From an uncultured Candidatus Saccharibacteria bacterium (GTDB lineage Bacteria; Patescibacteriota; Minisyncoccia; Phycocordibacterales; CAIZLB01), in NCBI GenBank assembly GCA_964417855.1, contig CAYQJB010000001.1:166709-230708 (forward strand): 64,000 nt of DNA, in the 5' to 3' direction. The notes below the pieces were generated by a model that saw only the letters and a program-made list of their open reading frames with translations, did not search any database and was not told the origin of the DNA. Shown one piece after another: positions 1 to 10,711 of this stretch (positions are counted from its first letter, which is position 1; each line of letters starts with the position of its first letter). The translations under genes and the position numbers were made by a program.

Positions 1-1564
1 ACATCTTAATGCCGTCAATTTTTATGTCTTTAAATACAAACAAGGGCTTCGCATTACCTTCACCAAATGGCATCATTTTTTCTAATTCGCTCCACATTTT
101 CCAAGTAACCTGTTCTGGTAGCAGGATAGCATCAGCAGTATATTTTTGAACCTTTGACTCTTCTGAACTTATTCCGTAAAGCGCCTTAAAGCTTTCCTTA
201 ATTCTGTCTCTAAATTCATGTATACAATCATCATTTATTGAATAACCTCCAGCAAAGGAGTGCCCACCTGCATTTATAAACAATTTTGGGTGTTTTTCCT
301 GAATATCACGCATTATCGAGACAACATCACAGAAACCATCTGATCTACAAGACCCCTTAATCATACCTTCGCCTCTTCCCCACAGAAAAACTGGTACCCC
401 ATAGTCTTTTACAAGGGTTGTGGAAACTAAACCAAGCAGTGTAGGGCTCCAATCAGGGTTTCCTACAACCATAATGTCATCACCATCCAATTTCAGCTCT
501 TTTATCAATTTATGAATGTCCTTACTCATCTTTGCAACTACTACCTTTCTCTCGTCATTGATAGAATTCAAGTGTTTCACCATACTTTCAGCCTCAGAAG
601 CATCTGTTGTAGATAAAAGAAGAAAAGCATCCCTTGGATCAGCCATTCTTGATGCAGCATTGATTCTAGGTGTAATCAGAAAGGTTATATCCTCCTCTAC
701 CAGGTCCTTTTGAGACATCTTTAGAGCTCTAAATAGCTTAATAAGGCCAAGTCTTTGGGTTTTTCTCAGAACCATTAGACCAAATCTGGCAAAAACCCTG
801 TTTTCATTAATCAAAGGCACCATATCAGACAATGTTGCTATACCAACCATGTCCAATAGCCATTTTTCCCAACCTTCCTTGATATCAAACTTGCTTTCAT
901 GGGCTTTATCGTAAGAAATTAAGGCTTGAACGATTTTATAGGCAACCCCAGCTCCACATAGCATCTTGTCTGGGTATGCGCAATCCAGCCTTTTTGGGTC
1001 GACAACGGCACAGGCTGGGGGTAATTCCTTATCTGGCAAGTGGTGATCTGTAATTATAACGTCAATTCCAAGCTCATTAGCTCTTTTTACAGTCTCAACA
1101 TCTGTTATTCCACAGTCTACAGTTATAACAAGCATCCCTTTATGATTAACATCAGCCTTATTCTCTATCGCTAGAGCTTCAATTACATGCAAGTGAAACC
1201 CAAAACCCTCTTTGTGCCTGTGAGGGATGTAATTTACAAAATTAGTGTATGAAACCTTCTTAAAGAAATCATGCAACACAACAGAAGCGGGGATACCATC
1301 GGCATCAAAATCACCATAGATAACAATTTTTTCATTATTATTCATAGCTTTATTGATTCTTATAACAGCCTTCTCCATATCCATCATCAAAAATGGATCA
1401 TGTATGTGATTATCATAGTCTGGATTAAGAAATGCTTCCCTTTCGTCCGGTTTCACACCTCTGGCATTCAACAAATGATCAAGCATTGTATTGCCAGACC
1501 ATTCTCTGACCTCATAATTCTTAATTTTTTTAGTTTTTTTATCTTTAGATCTTTTCAATATCAT
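1..1564 (-). CDS. recJ: Single-stranded-DNA-specific exonuclease RecJ (N-terminal ~520 aa; C-terminus lies beyond the window start)
   Basis: Manual minus-strand translation from the ATG at 1564: MILKRSKDKK...GMLVITVDCGITDVETVKRANELGIDVIITDHHLPDKELP..., showing the DHH phosphoesterase motifs of RecJ. The ORF is absent from the supplied track because it runs off the window edge. Confidence 0.8.
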   Translation of the reverse strand, partial: MILKRSKDKKTKKIKNYEVREWSGNTMLDHLLNARGVKPDEREAFLNPDYDNHIHDPFLMMDMEKAVIRINKAMNNNEKIVIYGDFDADGIPASVVLHDFFKKVSYTNFVNYIPHRHKEGFGFHLHVIEALAIENKADVNHKGMLVITVDCGITDVETVKRANELGIDVIITDHHLPDKELPPACAVVDPKRLDCAYPDKMLCGAGVAYKIVQALISYDKAHESKFDIKEGWEKWLLDMVGIATLSDMVPLINENRVFARFGLMVLRKTQRLGLIKLFRALKMSQKDLVEEDITFLITPRINAASRMADPRDAFLLLSTTDASEAESMVKHLNSINDERKVVVAKMSKDIHKLIKELKLDGDDIMVVGNPDWSPTLLGLVSTTLVKDYGVPVFLWGRGEGMIKGSCRSDGFCDVVSIMRDIQEKHPKLFINAGGHSFAGGYSINDDCIHEFRDRIKESFKALYGISSEESKVQKYTADAILLPEQVTWKMWSELEKMMPFGEGNAKPLFVFKDIKIDGIKM

Positions 1565-1587
1565 GATTCTAGCATAAAATAGACAAC

Positions 1588-2046
1588 ATGACTGACTCAA
1601 ACAACGACAATACATTTCAGGACACAAATAATAACCATAATGAAGACTGCGTATTCTGCAAAATTATAGATGGAACAATACCTGCTTATAAGGTATATGA
1701 GGATAGTGAAACACTTGCGTTCCTAAACATACAACCCAATAACTATGGTCAAACATTGGTTATTCCAAAGGATCACACAGAAAATATATATACAATATCT
1801 GATGAATTACTTTGCAGAGTGATGTTAAGTGCCAAAAAGGTGGCTATTGCCATAAGAAATGGTACCGATGTAGATGGAGTAAATATAATAATAAATAATG
1901 AAGTTGCTGCAGGGCAAGCTATAAACCACCTTCATGTGCATGTTATACCAAGAATAAATGATGATGGATTCAAAAACTGGGAACCAAAGGAATACAAGGA
2001 GGGCGACATGAAGGTTTATCAGGACAAGATTGTAGCAGAACTTTAA
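1588..2046 (+). CDS. HIT-family (histidine triad) nucleotide hydrolase
   Basis: Histidine-triad motif NHLHVHVIPR is present, and the VFCKII...LAFLNIQP N-terminal pattern is typical of HinT/HIT proteins. Confidence 0.85.
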   Translation: MTDSNNDNTFQDTNNNHNEDCVFCKIIDGTIPAYKVYEDSETLAFLNIQPNNYGQTLVIPKDHTENIYTISDELLCRVMLSAKKVAIAIRNGTDVDGVNIIINNEVAAGQAINHLHVHVIPRINDDGFKNWEPKEYKEGDMKVYQDKIVAEL

Positions 2047-2056
2047 TCCCAGTATT

Positions 2057-2587
2057 CTATCTGACAACAAAACCTATTGGTTCTTTAGGTGTTTCTTTTT
2101 CTGTGATAATCAACCTTATAATTCTAAATATCTCTTTAAAATCAGCCTCGTTGTTTAATTCCATTTCTTCAACTTTTTGCTTGAGGTCCTTGTAATCGTC
2201 TACCATCTCACGAAGTCTCGTAAAAACTCTCATAATTTGAATATTTACTTGAATAGCAAGCTTGCTATTCAGTACGCCAGAAAGCATAGCTACCCCTTGT
2301 TCTGTAAATGCCAAAGGAGGTTTTCTTAGGCTTTTTTTAAGGCTGGGATTGGATATCACATTTTGTGATATCCAATTGTCTGTTTCTTCTCGCGTAAGCT
2401 CGAACATAAAATCATTTGGAAATCTATCTAAATTTCTTTTTACAGACTGATTCAAACGCATTGTTTGCACCTCATATAATATTGCCAAATCTCTATCCAA
2501 CATCACCTTCTGTCCTCTAATAATATAAATATTATCTTTTATGAGACTAATGTTTAATGAAACTTCTTCTATCTGTTTTTCTTTCAT
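2057..2587 (-). CDS. ORF6N (KilA-N-like) domain protein
   Basis: IRGQKVMLDRDLAILYEVQTMRLNQSVKRNLDRFPNDFMFELTREE matches the ORF6N domain consensus. Confidence 0.7.
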   Translation of the reverse strand: MKEKQIEEVSLNISLIKDNIYIIRGQKVMLDRDLAILYEVQTMRLNQSVKRNLDRFPNDFMFELTREETDNWISQNVISNPSLKKSLRKPPLAFTEQGVAMLSGVLNSKLAIQVNIQIMRVFTRLREMVDDYKDLKQKVEEMELNNEADFKEIFRIIRLIITEKETPKEPIGFVVR

Positions 2588-2656
2588 AAGGAAGAATATA
2601 ACAAATAGACATGAAGTTTCTATAAAGAAATTCTAAAGAAAAACAGTAGAGCTTAC

Positions 2657-3892
2657 TTATCTCAATGCCTCTATACCCGGCAGAGTCTCATTTACTAAGA
2701 AATCAATCATAGCCCCTCCCCCAGTTGATACAAAAATATTATTGTGACTCTTGGCCGCACCACTTACACCATTAGTATTTTCTGGCAACTCGTCCAACCC
2801 AAGTGATTTTACAGCAGCAACAGTGTCACCTCCTCCAATTGCGCCCTTAACACCACTTTCAATTAAAAGTTTTGCAAGAGCAATTGTTTGATCGGTGAAA
2901 CCATTTTCATAATTACCAAGAGGACCATTCCATAGAACAAATTTTGCTGAAGTGATTAGTGGCTTAATTACATCCATAAGGGACGCGCCTGCATCTACAA
3001 TAATATCGTTATCAGATACCTCTCCTATTTTTTTAGCAGAAACTTTTTTGATATCATCAAAATCATGCACAACAACATCATTTCCGATAATTAATTTTGG
3101 ATTAGAGACAACATCAGAGATATCTACTGAACCGTCTGAGACTAATGACCTACCAACATTAAATCCACGAGCTTTATAAACATCGTTAACTAATGCTCCA
3201 CCCAAAACAACAGAATCTGCCTTATCCAAATATTTTTTAATCAAAGGTAATTTTGTATCAAACTTAGCACCACCTAAAATAAAAACAAAAGGATGAGGAG
3301 GGTCAATTGCTTCACTCAATGAAGTTATTTCCTTCATTAATTGAATACCAGCAAAGTGTGACAAAAATCTTGGAACTCCAATAACTGATGCATGCTTTCT
3401 GTGAGAAACAGCAAAAGCATCATTTACATAATAATCAGCATAACTCGCAAGTTCTTTTGAAAAAACTTCATCATTACTTTTTTCACCTTCATTCACCCTA
3501 AGATTCTGAAGAAGAATAATTTCACCATCCACCATGGAATCAATAGTCTTTTTTACATTTTCTCCAACAACCTCACTAATATACCTAACGTTAAGATCAA
3601 GTGAGTCATTAAAGTGTTTAGCTACAATTTCCATTCCAGATCCATCCTTTGTTTCTATATGTGAAATCAAAACAACTTTTGCACCGCTGTTTTTCAAAAG
3701 ATTTACAGTAGGAAGAATAGCTCTCATTCTTAGATCTTCAACTATTATTCCATCGATAATTGGAACATTAAAATCAACTCTTACCAGGAAGGTTTTAGAT
3801 CTAATTTTATCGATAGTATCATCATTATTTTTTACAAATTCCTCAATTCCAATTATCCCTTTTGTGATTTCCGTTAAATTTTTATCTGACAT
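2657..3892 (-). CDS. pgk: Phosphoglycerate kinase
   Basis: 411 aa, with VRVDFNVP and KVVLISH...G PGK N-domain motifs. Its stop abuts the tpiA start, as in a pgk-tpiA operon. Confidence 0.93.
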   Translation of the reverse strand: MSDKNLTEITKGIIGIEEFVKNNDDTIDKIRSKTFLVRVDFNVPIIDGIIVEDLRMRAILPTVNLLKNSGAKVVLISHIETKDGSGMEIVAKHFNDSLDLNVRYISEVVGENVKKTIDSMVDGEIILLQNLRVNEGEKSNDEVFSKELASYADYYVNDAFAVSHRKHASVIGVPRFLSHFAGIQLMKEITSLSEAIDPPHPFVFILGGAKFDTKLPLIKKYLDKADSVVLGGALVNDVYKARGFNVGRSLVSDGSVDISDVVSNPKLIIGNDVVVHDFDDIKKVSAKKIGEVSDNDIIVDAGASLMDVIKPLITSAKFVLWNGPLGNYENGFTDQTIALAKLLIESGVKGAIGGGDTVAAVKSLGLDELPENTNGVSGAAKSHNNIFVSTGGGAMIDFLVNETLPGIEALR

Positions 3893-3893
3893 T

Positions 3894-4706
3894 TTATTTT
3901 TTCTTTTTTAATTTTATTTTAGGCTTCTTTTTTTCAATATTAAGTGATTGGCAAATACTTTTAAGACCCTCTGGTTGCCACCCTGCGCGCCCCACAAGAA
4001 GCCCATCAACATCTCCATTGTGAACCAGGTCTTGCGCATTATCAGGAGTCACAGAACCTCCATAGACAATTTTAACGATACTTGCAATACTTTCTCCCCA
4101 ATTGTCTTTTAAATATTTTCTGATTAAAATTACAATCTGGTGAATTTCATGTGCTGTTATTGCTATATTCTGTGAATTATTTACAGCCCATAGTGGTTCA
4201 TATGCAATAACTAAATTAGCAAACTGCTGACGTGATGTATAAATAAGAACTTCCTTAAGTTGATTTTTAATAACAGTTAAATATTCTGCGTCATTATCTC
4301 TTTCTGCCTCGCCTACACAAACAATGCCAATCATTCCAGCAGCAAGAACTTTTTGCAACTTTTGAGCTATAAGAGAAGTATCTTCACCTATCGCGCGTCT
4401 TTCAGAATGACCAACTATTATATGAGAAACACCTGCGCTTTTAAGCATTACCGCGGAAATCTCTCCAGTATGGGCACCTGATTCAAATTTGGATATGTCT
4501 TGTGCGCCAATTTTTATCTTACCTTTTGGTCCACCAGCCATTTGGGATAATGTCGCAATAAATGGAAAAGGTGGGCAAATAATAGTCTCCGTCATCTTCA
4601 ACTTGTCTACACCCCTTTTGATTACAGCCATCTTAGCCTTAGCTTCAACTAAGGTATTTGGCGTCATTTTCCAGTTTGCAATTACTAAGATCTTTTTTGG
4701 CTTCAT
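3894..4706 (-). CDS. tpiA: Triose-phosphate isomerase with a lysine-rich C-terminal tail
   Basis: ANWKM, GHSERR, AYEPLWA and YGGSV motifs are present. An unusual tail KKKPKIKLKKKK follows the catalytic domain. Confidence 0.9.
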   Translation of the reverse strand: MKPKKILVIANWKMTPNTLVEAKAKMAVIKRGVDKLKMTETIICPPFPFIATLSQMAGGPKGKIKIGAQDISKFESGAHTGEISAVMLKSAGVSHIIVGHSERRAIGEDTSLIAQKLQKVLAAGMIGIVCVGEAERDNDAEYLTVIKNQLKEVLIYTSRQQFANLVIAYEPLWAVNNSQNIAITAHEIHQIVILIRKYLKDNWGESIASIVKIVYGGSVTPDNAQDLVHNGDVDGLLVGRAGWQPEGLKSICQSLNIEKKKPKIKLKKKK

Positions 4707-4807
4707 ATATTTAAAATTATACCAAAAAAAATAAAGTTATACACAAAATAGTAGTGGAAAACATGTTGTAATATTGAATACGCAAGCAAAAAACTTTTGA
4801 GTCTTAT

Positions 4808-5968
4808 CTACTCTATCTCTTTTAGACTGTTTATACCCCAAATAGTAGAAGTACTTGAATTAAAGTTTATATTTACTAAATATGGATCATAGGTAATACT
4901 TGAAGAATTAGCCATACTTAAATGATTAGCGAAAACAGCCTTTGTGTTTGAAGTATTCGATAAGTAAATAGCGCCGTATGGAGCAACAAGAAAGGCACTG
5001 GCTAGAGCAGAGTTACTTATACTTATAGCCGGGTCACCACCAGTACAATCAATATTGGTGCAACCGTTTGTACTTTCAGATACTAATATAATATTACTTC
5101 CCAAAGTTCCGCTTCCGCCTAAATATGCGGAGTTTTTCATTATAATTGTTCCTCCAACTACTATAGTTTCTGATTTTGATCCATAACTAGGACTAAGTTG
5201 AACTGTGGAGGTGTTATCAAGCTCTACATTGCCTGTTACATAAAGTGGCCCCCCAAGTGTTAAAACACTACTTTGATCCAGTTTAAGATTACCAATAATT
5301 TTAGCCGCACCAATTGTTGATGTCGCCTTACCGTTTAAATCCAAACCTCCATTAATAATAATTCCTGAGCTAGCCTGATTCTTCCATCCATTTATGTCAC
5401 TGTCTGATATTGGCATATTTACGGAGTTGGTGGAGGTTGAAAGGGTTCCTGTTATCAGGGACGTATTTAGCAGCAAACTGCCATCTAATGAAAAAACATC
5501 ACCATGTATTACAGAACTATTATCCATTCTAAGACCACCAGACGAAAGCCATGCTCCATAATTAAATGAAATATCCTTGTTTGAACTTAAAATAGTTTTT
5601 GTCTTTCTGGCAAACAAACTGTATGCACTACTTGAAATGACTTCTTTTGTACTTGAATTAACATCAGCAATTGAAATACCTGTATTACTATTCAAAATTG
5701 ACAAACTAAGTACTGATGGAACAATCTTTCCTTTGTTTAATCGGTATAAAACTTCTTCATCTCCTGTTAATGAATTCAATAGGGACTGTTTTGATGTTAA
5801 GTAATCACTTGTATTTTTAACCTGGTCAGCAATAGGTAAAGATAACCCAAATAGAATAATTGTAGAAATTGCTAGTGTTAATATAACAGCAATTAAAACA
5901 GCTTGGCCAGACTCTCTATTTGGAGCTTTCTTTTTTTTATTCTTTGTTTTTAATATGCGATTACTCAT
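4808..5968 (-). CDS. Type IV pilus-associated PilX-like / minor pilin-like protein (S/T/N/G-rich)
   Basis: N-terminus RESGQAVLIAVILTLAISTIILFGL resembles the PilX N-terminal hydrophobic segment, and the gene is the last in the pilin operon. The long low-complexity body suggests a surface fibre or tip protein. Confidence 0.45.
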   Translation of the reverse strand: MSNRILKTKNKKKKAPNRESGQAVLIAVILTLAISTIILFGLSLPIADQVKNTSDYLTSKQSLLNSLTGDEEVLYRLNKGKIVPSVLSLSILNSNTGISIADVNSSTKEVISSSAYSLFARKTKTILSSNKDISFNYGAWLSSGGLRMDNSSVIHGDVFSLDGSLLLNTSLITGTLSTSTNSVNMPISDSDINGWKNQASSGIIINGGLDLNGKATSTIGAAKIIGNLKLDQSSVLTLGGPLYVTGNVELDNTSTVQLSPSYGSKSETIVVGGTIIMKNSAYLGGSGTLGSNIILVSESTNGCTNIDCTGGDPAISISNSALASAFLVAPYGAIYLSNTSNTKAVFANHLSMANSSSITYDPYLVNINFNSSTSTIWGINSLKEIE

Positions 5969-5997
5969 TTTAGCTTATTTAATAATACAACAATTGT

Positions 5998-6531
5998 CTA
6001 TCTTAATATATAGGAATTATAAAAATTCTCTGACAGATATTGATCGGAACTTGTTCCATTATCTATCGTCATCTCAACCTTGAAACCATTAAATGTTGAT
6101 GTAGACATGTTTCTAAAGGTAAGGTTTGTAACCCTTACATCAGACAGACTTAAAGGTCCTACATAAATATTATTTTGGTCAAGAAAAACCTGATTGTTTA
6201 ATAAATAAATTTTTGTTGTAGTGGAATGTCCAGCACCATCATAAGCTATCAAGGAAATTGATCCAGTGGCATTATCAAATTTTGTATTCACAATGTCTAT
6301 TGCAGAAGCACTATTCACCTGATTTTCAAAGGCAGCAACAACACCTACAGCACTCCTTTCTATATCCCTAGAGCTTTTTGAAATTAGATATGTTCTTGAG
6401 GCTGAGTCAATCAAGCTCAGTAAGGTAAAAAGCAAAACGGTCATTAGACTTATGTATATAACAGTCTCCATCAAGGAAAAACCTGATTGTTTATTATTCA
6501 TGTTTTTATTCATGTGATAGTTGGAATACAT
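5998..6531 (-). CDS. Prepilin-type (class III signal) pilin / pseudopilin
   Basis: QSGFSLMETVIYISLMTVLLF matches the G|FxLxE prepilin peptidase cleavage/methylation motif. Confidence 0.7.
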   Translation of the reverse strand: MYSNYHMNKNMNNKQSGFSLMETVIYISLMTVLLFTLLSLIDSASRTYLISKSSRDIERSAVGVVAAFENQVNSASAIDIVNTKFDNATGSISLIAYDGAGHSTTTKIYLLNNQVFLDQNNIYVGPLSLSDVRVTNLTFRNMSTSTFNGFKVEMTIDNGTSSDQYLSENFYNSYILR

Positions 6532-6532
6532 T

Positions 6533-7081
6533 TTATTTATTATATATATTGTGAATATATGAAGTTAACGACCTTGTGGATGTTGCTCCATTTTCCTGCC
6601 ACGAAACGCTTACAACATATCCTCTAGTGTCTGTATCCGGCACACCTCCCGAGTCTACAATATTAAAACTAGCAATATCTCTATTAATTGGTGTAAAAAC
6701 TACAGTTCTGGTAAATTTATTATCTACCAGCGATATGGTTGTGGTAGCTTGCCAATTTTTATTACTCTGATTCCAATATAATCCGTATAAAGTATTATTG
6801 CTTAACACTCCTATGTTTTGCCATGAGGCATTTCTCATACTATTAATTGCTGTAACGCCTTCTTCAGCAAGCATTCCAGCTTGAACTCTTTGTGTAGATC
6901 CAAAGCCCAACTTACTTATTCCTGTTTCTAGATTTATAATCAAAATTAAAGATAGACAAATTATACTTGAGCCAATTAGTATTTCAGCAAGACTAAAACC
7001 TCTATTAAGGTTTGTATGACTAGTACAACTAGTCATATCATGCTTCTTTGATCTAAATTTTAATTGTTTTTTTAAAAACAT
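6533..7081 (-). CDS. Prepilin-type minor pilin
   Basis: NRGFSLAEILIGSSIICLSLIL class III signal motif; overlapping and contiguous with the neighbouring pilin genes. Confidence 0.65.
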   Translation of the reverse strand: MFLKKQLKFRSKKHDMTSCTSHTNLNRGFSLAEILIGSSIICLSLILIINLETGISKLGFGSTQRVQAGMLAEEGVTAINSMRNASWQNIGVLSNNTLYGLYWNQSNKNWQATTTISLVDNKFTRTVVFTPINRDIASFNIVDSGGVPDTDTRGYVVSVSWQENGATSTRSLTSYIHNIYNK

Positions 7082-7093
7082 ACCTATTTTTTA

Positions 7094-7564
7094 TTACTTA
7101 GCTTCAATTATACCAGTTCCTGAAATTGTTATTGTTTTTGAATATGACGGTGTACCAACAACAATAGTGCCGGTTGCATTTGGTGCTCCAGTAATCTTTG
7201 CAAAGTCTACTTCATTTTTATGTGACGAAAGATTCACACTTGAAATCTTTATATCAGTTTCCAATTCGTATGTCAGTATGTTGTTTCCACCAGCTTTTGT
7301 AACGCCAGAAAACATAATTACAGTTGAGGATGAAAAAGATACCCCATAAGACGAATCATTTTTTCTATTAAGGGACATGTTTTTAGTCTTTTCTATTGTT
7401 GAAACGACTGAATCAACATCCTTTTCTATAGCCTTCTTTTCTCTAATATTAAAATAAACTTTTGCTGAAATACCGGAGATTATAGCGATCAAAGCAATAA
7501 CAATAATCATTTCCATTAATGTAAAACCAATATTTTTAGTTGTTTTTTTATTTACAGTATCCAT
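7094..7564 (-). CDS. Type IV pilin (PilA/GspG-like)
   Basis: KNIGFTLMEMIIVIALIAIISGI is a canonical GFTLxE N-terminus; 156 aa. Confidence 0.75.
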   Translation of the reverse strand: MDTVNKKTTKNIGFTLMEMIIVIALIAIISGISAKVYFNIREKKAIEKDVDSVVSTIEKTKNMSLNRKNDSSYGVSFSSSTVIMFSGVTKAGGNNILTYELETDIKISSVNLSSHKNEVDFAKITGAPNATGTIVVGTPSYSKTITISGTGIIEAK

Positions 7565-7567
7565 AGT

Positions 7568-8779
7568 TTATATATTATTCATCACAGAATACATTGGAGT
7601 AATCATTGAAATAGCAAAGAACCCAACAGCAGCACCAATAAATACCATAAGGACTGGCTCAATAATTGTGGACAAATCTTTTGTTTTTTGATCAACCTCA
7701 TTTTCATAAAACGTTGCAACCCCAATTAGCATTGTAGAGAGTTTACCAGTTTCTTCTCCTACACTAATCATTTCAGTGACAAAAGCGGGGAATATTTTAC
7801 CCTCCTCTTCAAACACAACAGACATGGGCTCCCCTTTTGTAACAACTATTTCTAGTTTCTTTAGAGCTCGTTTATAATTGCTGTTTTGTAAAACTTCTCC
7901 AGTAATTTTAACAGCGGTTATCATATCCACCCCAGCTGATAGTAAAGAAGACAATGTTCTCGCCGTTCTTGCGGAATTACTTTCAATTACAATTTGCGAA
8001 ATCACCGGGATCCTTAGAACAGCATCGTCCAACACCTTCTTTCCCAGTGAGGTTTTGAAAAAATAATAAGTTCCCATAAAAAAGACAACTAGCCCGACAA
8101 AAGAAAGTATAATATTTGTTGAAAGAAAATCACTTACAGCGATAATAAATTTTGTACTACCAGGTAGCTCTGTTTTTAAATCTTTAAATGTCTTAGTAAG
8201 TCTAGGGACAACATATATCATCATCATAAAACCAACTATTATCATAACCATGAATATTATAGCTGGATACATCATCGCTCCTTTAATTTTCTTTTGCAAA
8301 AGATAGGTCTTCTCCATTTGTATAGACACATCTTTTAGTGATTGAGATAAATTACCAGACTCCTCTCCTGATTTAACCATAGAAACAAATATGGAGGGGA
8401 ATATTTTTGGATATTCAGACAAGGCCTCATTAAAAGTCTTACCGCCAGAAATAGAAACATTTAGGTTTCTAAAAATTTCCTTTAGTTTTGTGTTTGGCGT
8501 TTGCTTCTCAGAAACACTGAGTGCACGGGAAAGAGGCAGACCAGCTTCAAGCATATTAGAGGTATTTCTCGCAAAATTTATTTTATCGATATTTTTAATG
8601 CTAGAAAATAAACTGAACCCCCTTTTGTTACCACCACCTTTAACTTTTTCTTCCTTTACAGAAACTAGCGTTTCAGATCTCTTTCTAAACTCCTCAAAAA
8701 AAGCAGACTTATTTTGAGCCTCTATATCACCACTATATTTTTTGTTCTGACTATTGATTGCTGTAAAATGATATTTCAT
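7568..8779 (-). CDS. pilC: Type IV pilus assembly platform protein PilC (GspF family)
   Basis: 403 aa with duplicated GspF-type domains, a polytopic TM pattern, and a position immediately downstream of pilB. Confidence 0.88.
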   Translation of the reverse strand: MKYHFTAINSQNKKYSGDIEAQNKSAFFEEFRKRSETLVSVKEEKVKGGGNKRGFSLFSSIKNIDKINFARNTSNMLEAGLPLSRALSVSEKQTPNTKLKEIFRNLNVSISGGKTFNEALSEYPKIFPSIFVSMVKSGEESGNLSQSLKDVSIQMEKTYLLQKKIKGAMMYPAIIFMVMIIVGFMMMIYVVPRLTKTFKDLKTELPGSTKFIIAVSDFLSTNIILSFVGLVVFFMGTYYFFKTSLGKKVLDDAVLRIPVISQIVIESNSARTARTLSSLLSAGVDMITAVKITGEVLQNSNYKRALKKLEIVVTKGEPMSVVFEEEGKIFPAFVTEMISVGEETGKLSTMLIGVATFYENEVDQKTKDLSTIIEPVLMVFIGAAVGFFAISMITPMYSVMNNI

Positions 8780-8823
8780 ATTTTATTGATGGAAACCCTA
8801 CCTACCCCTCAACTTCTATATAT

Positions 8824-10608
8824 TTACTCTGATGATGCAACCCTAAGTATTTCCTCTACAGAAGTCCTTCCTTGTACTGCTTTAAATATACCATCTTCAA
8901 ACATAGTAAGCATCCCTTCTTTTCTTGCTTGTTCTTGTATTTGATCAGATCCCGTTCCTTTCATTATCATTTCCTTTATTGTAGAAGTAACCTTAAGAAC
9001 CTCGTGAATACCAATTCTACCCTTGTATCCGTCTTCACTCTCTTGATCTGCGACGGGTTTATAAAAATATATATTTGACCAATCTGCAGTATCGGCAACA
9101 ATGTGTTCCTCCTTTAAACATGTCAAAACTTTATCTAGATCTGTATATCTTCTTAAAGAATCCAATTGTTCTTTGTTTAAAATATACTTTTCTTTAGATA
9201 CCCCCAACTCCCTAACAAGTCTCTGTGCAATTATTATCTTTAGAGTTGAAACAAGAAGAAACGGCTCGCATTTCATATCAATTAAACGAGGAATCGCGCC
9301 AGCAGCAGAGTTAGTGTGAAGTGTTGATAACACCAAGTGACCAGTTAGGGATGCGTTTATAGCCAATGAAGCTGTTTCATTATCTCTAATTTCTCCCACC
9401 ATTATAATATTTGGATCCTGTCTCAAAAGAGATCTGAGTCCAGAAGCAAAAGTTAGGCCAATTTCTGGTTTAACCTGAGTTTGATTAACTCTATTCATTT
9501 GATATTCAACGGGGTCTTCAATTGTAGAAATATTTACATCCGGTTGATTTAAAATATCCAATAATGTGTACAGTGTCGTCGTCTTACCAGATCCAGTTGG
9601 TCCTGTTGTTAAAATTAACCCCTCTGAATACTTACAAGCCTCATGAATCAATTCCAAATCTTTTCCATGGAATCCTAAGTGTTCAAGTGTGAAACCTGTC
9701 ATATTCTCTCTGAGTAACCTCATAACAGTCTTCTCTCCATAATATGTAGGTAAAACAGAAACACGAAATGAAACATTTTCTCCGCTTGATTCGATTTTAA
9801 ATCGCCCATCCTGTGGAAGTCTCTTCTCATCCAGTTTAAGACTGGCTAAAACCTTAATTCTAGCCGTTATGCTTGGGCCAATATTCTTAGGTAGTACCAT
9901 TGCATCATGAAGAATTCCATCAATTCTATACCTAATAACTACATCATTCTCCATTTGCTCTATATGAATGTCAGATGCACCCTGAAGAATAGCGTGTTTT
10001 AACAAGGTATCAACTATTCTAACAACAGGCAGGTCCTCTGCTAGTTTTTTTAACTCTTCACCACTGGTTTCATCGGCTTTTGGGGCTCCGGGTACAATAC
10101 CACCGATATTGATTCCTTTTAAACCCTTAAGTGAGGATACTTCTTGTTGAATAATATCCCCAAAATCAGCCTTTAGACTTTTTTGATACTGAATTAAGGC
10201 CGACTTCATTGACTCTGTTGTCGTCAACCTTGGTAAAATCTTTAAACCAGTCTTCTTTTTAACAAAATCTATAGCGGAAAAATCTGTAGTATCAAGCATT
10301 GCAACCTCTAGAGAATCATCTCTTTTTCTAAAAGCGATGATATTATGTTTTCTAGCAATAGGCTCAGGGATTAAAGAAAGAATGCTAAACTCCAGTTTTT
10401 CACTACTAATATCAATAAAAGGGATACCCAAGATGTATGACTGCATTCTTCTGTAATCATCAGCGGATATCTTACCCTCAGTAACCAATACCTCACCTAG
10501 GGGAATTCCCTCTTTCAAGGATTTTTGTTCAATTTCATTCAATTCAGAACTTGCAACAAGTCCTGAATCAATAACAAGCTTTTTAAGCTGATTAGGGTCA
10601 ATAATCAT
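8824..10608 (-). CDS. pilB: Type IV pilus assembly ATPase PilB (GspE family)
   Basis: N-terminal T2SSE_N-like domain; Walker A LTTGPTGSGKTTTLY; Asp and His boxes; 594 aa. Confidence 0.9.
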   Translation of the reverse strand: MIIDPNQLKKLVIDSGLVASSELNEIEQKSLKEGIPLGEVLVTEGKISADDYRRMQSYILGIPFIDISSEKLEFSILSLIPEPIARKHNIIAFRKRDDSLEVAMLDTTDFSAIDFVKKKTGLKILPRLTTTESMKSALIQYQKSLKADFGDIIQQEVSSLKGLKGINIGGIVPGAPKADETSGEELKKLAEDLPVVRIVDTLLKHAILQGASDIHIEQMENDVVIRYRIDGILHDAMVLPKNIGPSITARIKVLASLKLDEKRLPQDGRFKIESSGENVSFRVSVLPTYYGEKTVMRLLRENMTGFTLEHLGFHGKDLELIHEACKYSEGLILTTGPTGSGKTTTLYTLLDILNQPDVNISTIEDPVEYQMNRVNQTQVKPEIGLTFASGLRSLLRQDPNIIMVGEIRDNETASLAINASLTGHLVLSTLHTNSAAGAIPRLIDMKCEPFLLVSTLKIIIAQRLVRELGVSKEKYILNKEQLDSLRRYTDLDKVLTCLKEEHIVADTADWSNIYFYKPVADQESEDGYKGRIGIHEVLKVTSTIKEMIMKGTGSDQIQEQARKEGMLTMFEDGIFKAVQGRTSVEEILRVASSE

Positions 10609-10711
10609 TTGTGTAAATTATATCATGCAACCTATTTTAATTCTATAAATAATTAATACTTTTTTGTGTACAAAAAATAATTTTCTTAAATAAAATAATA
10701 ATAAATTAATA

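Noticed and set aside
516-1582. Plus-strand track ORFs 516..713 and 1271..1582
   Set aside because: Both are antisense to the manually translated recJ on the minus strand, which has clear DHH motifs. They are low-complexity and have no motifs.
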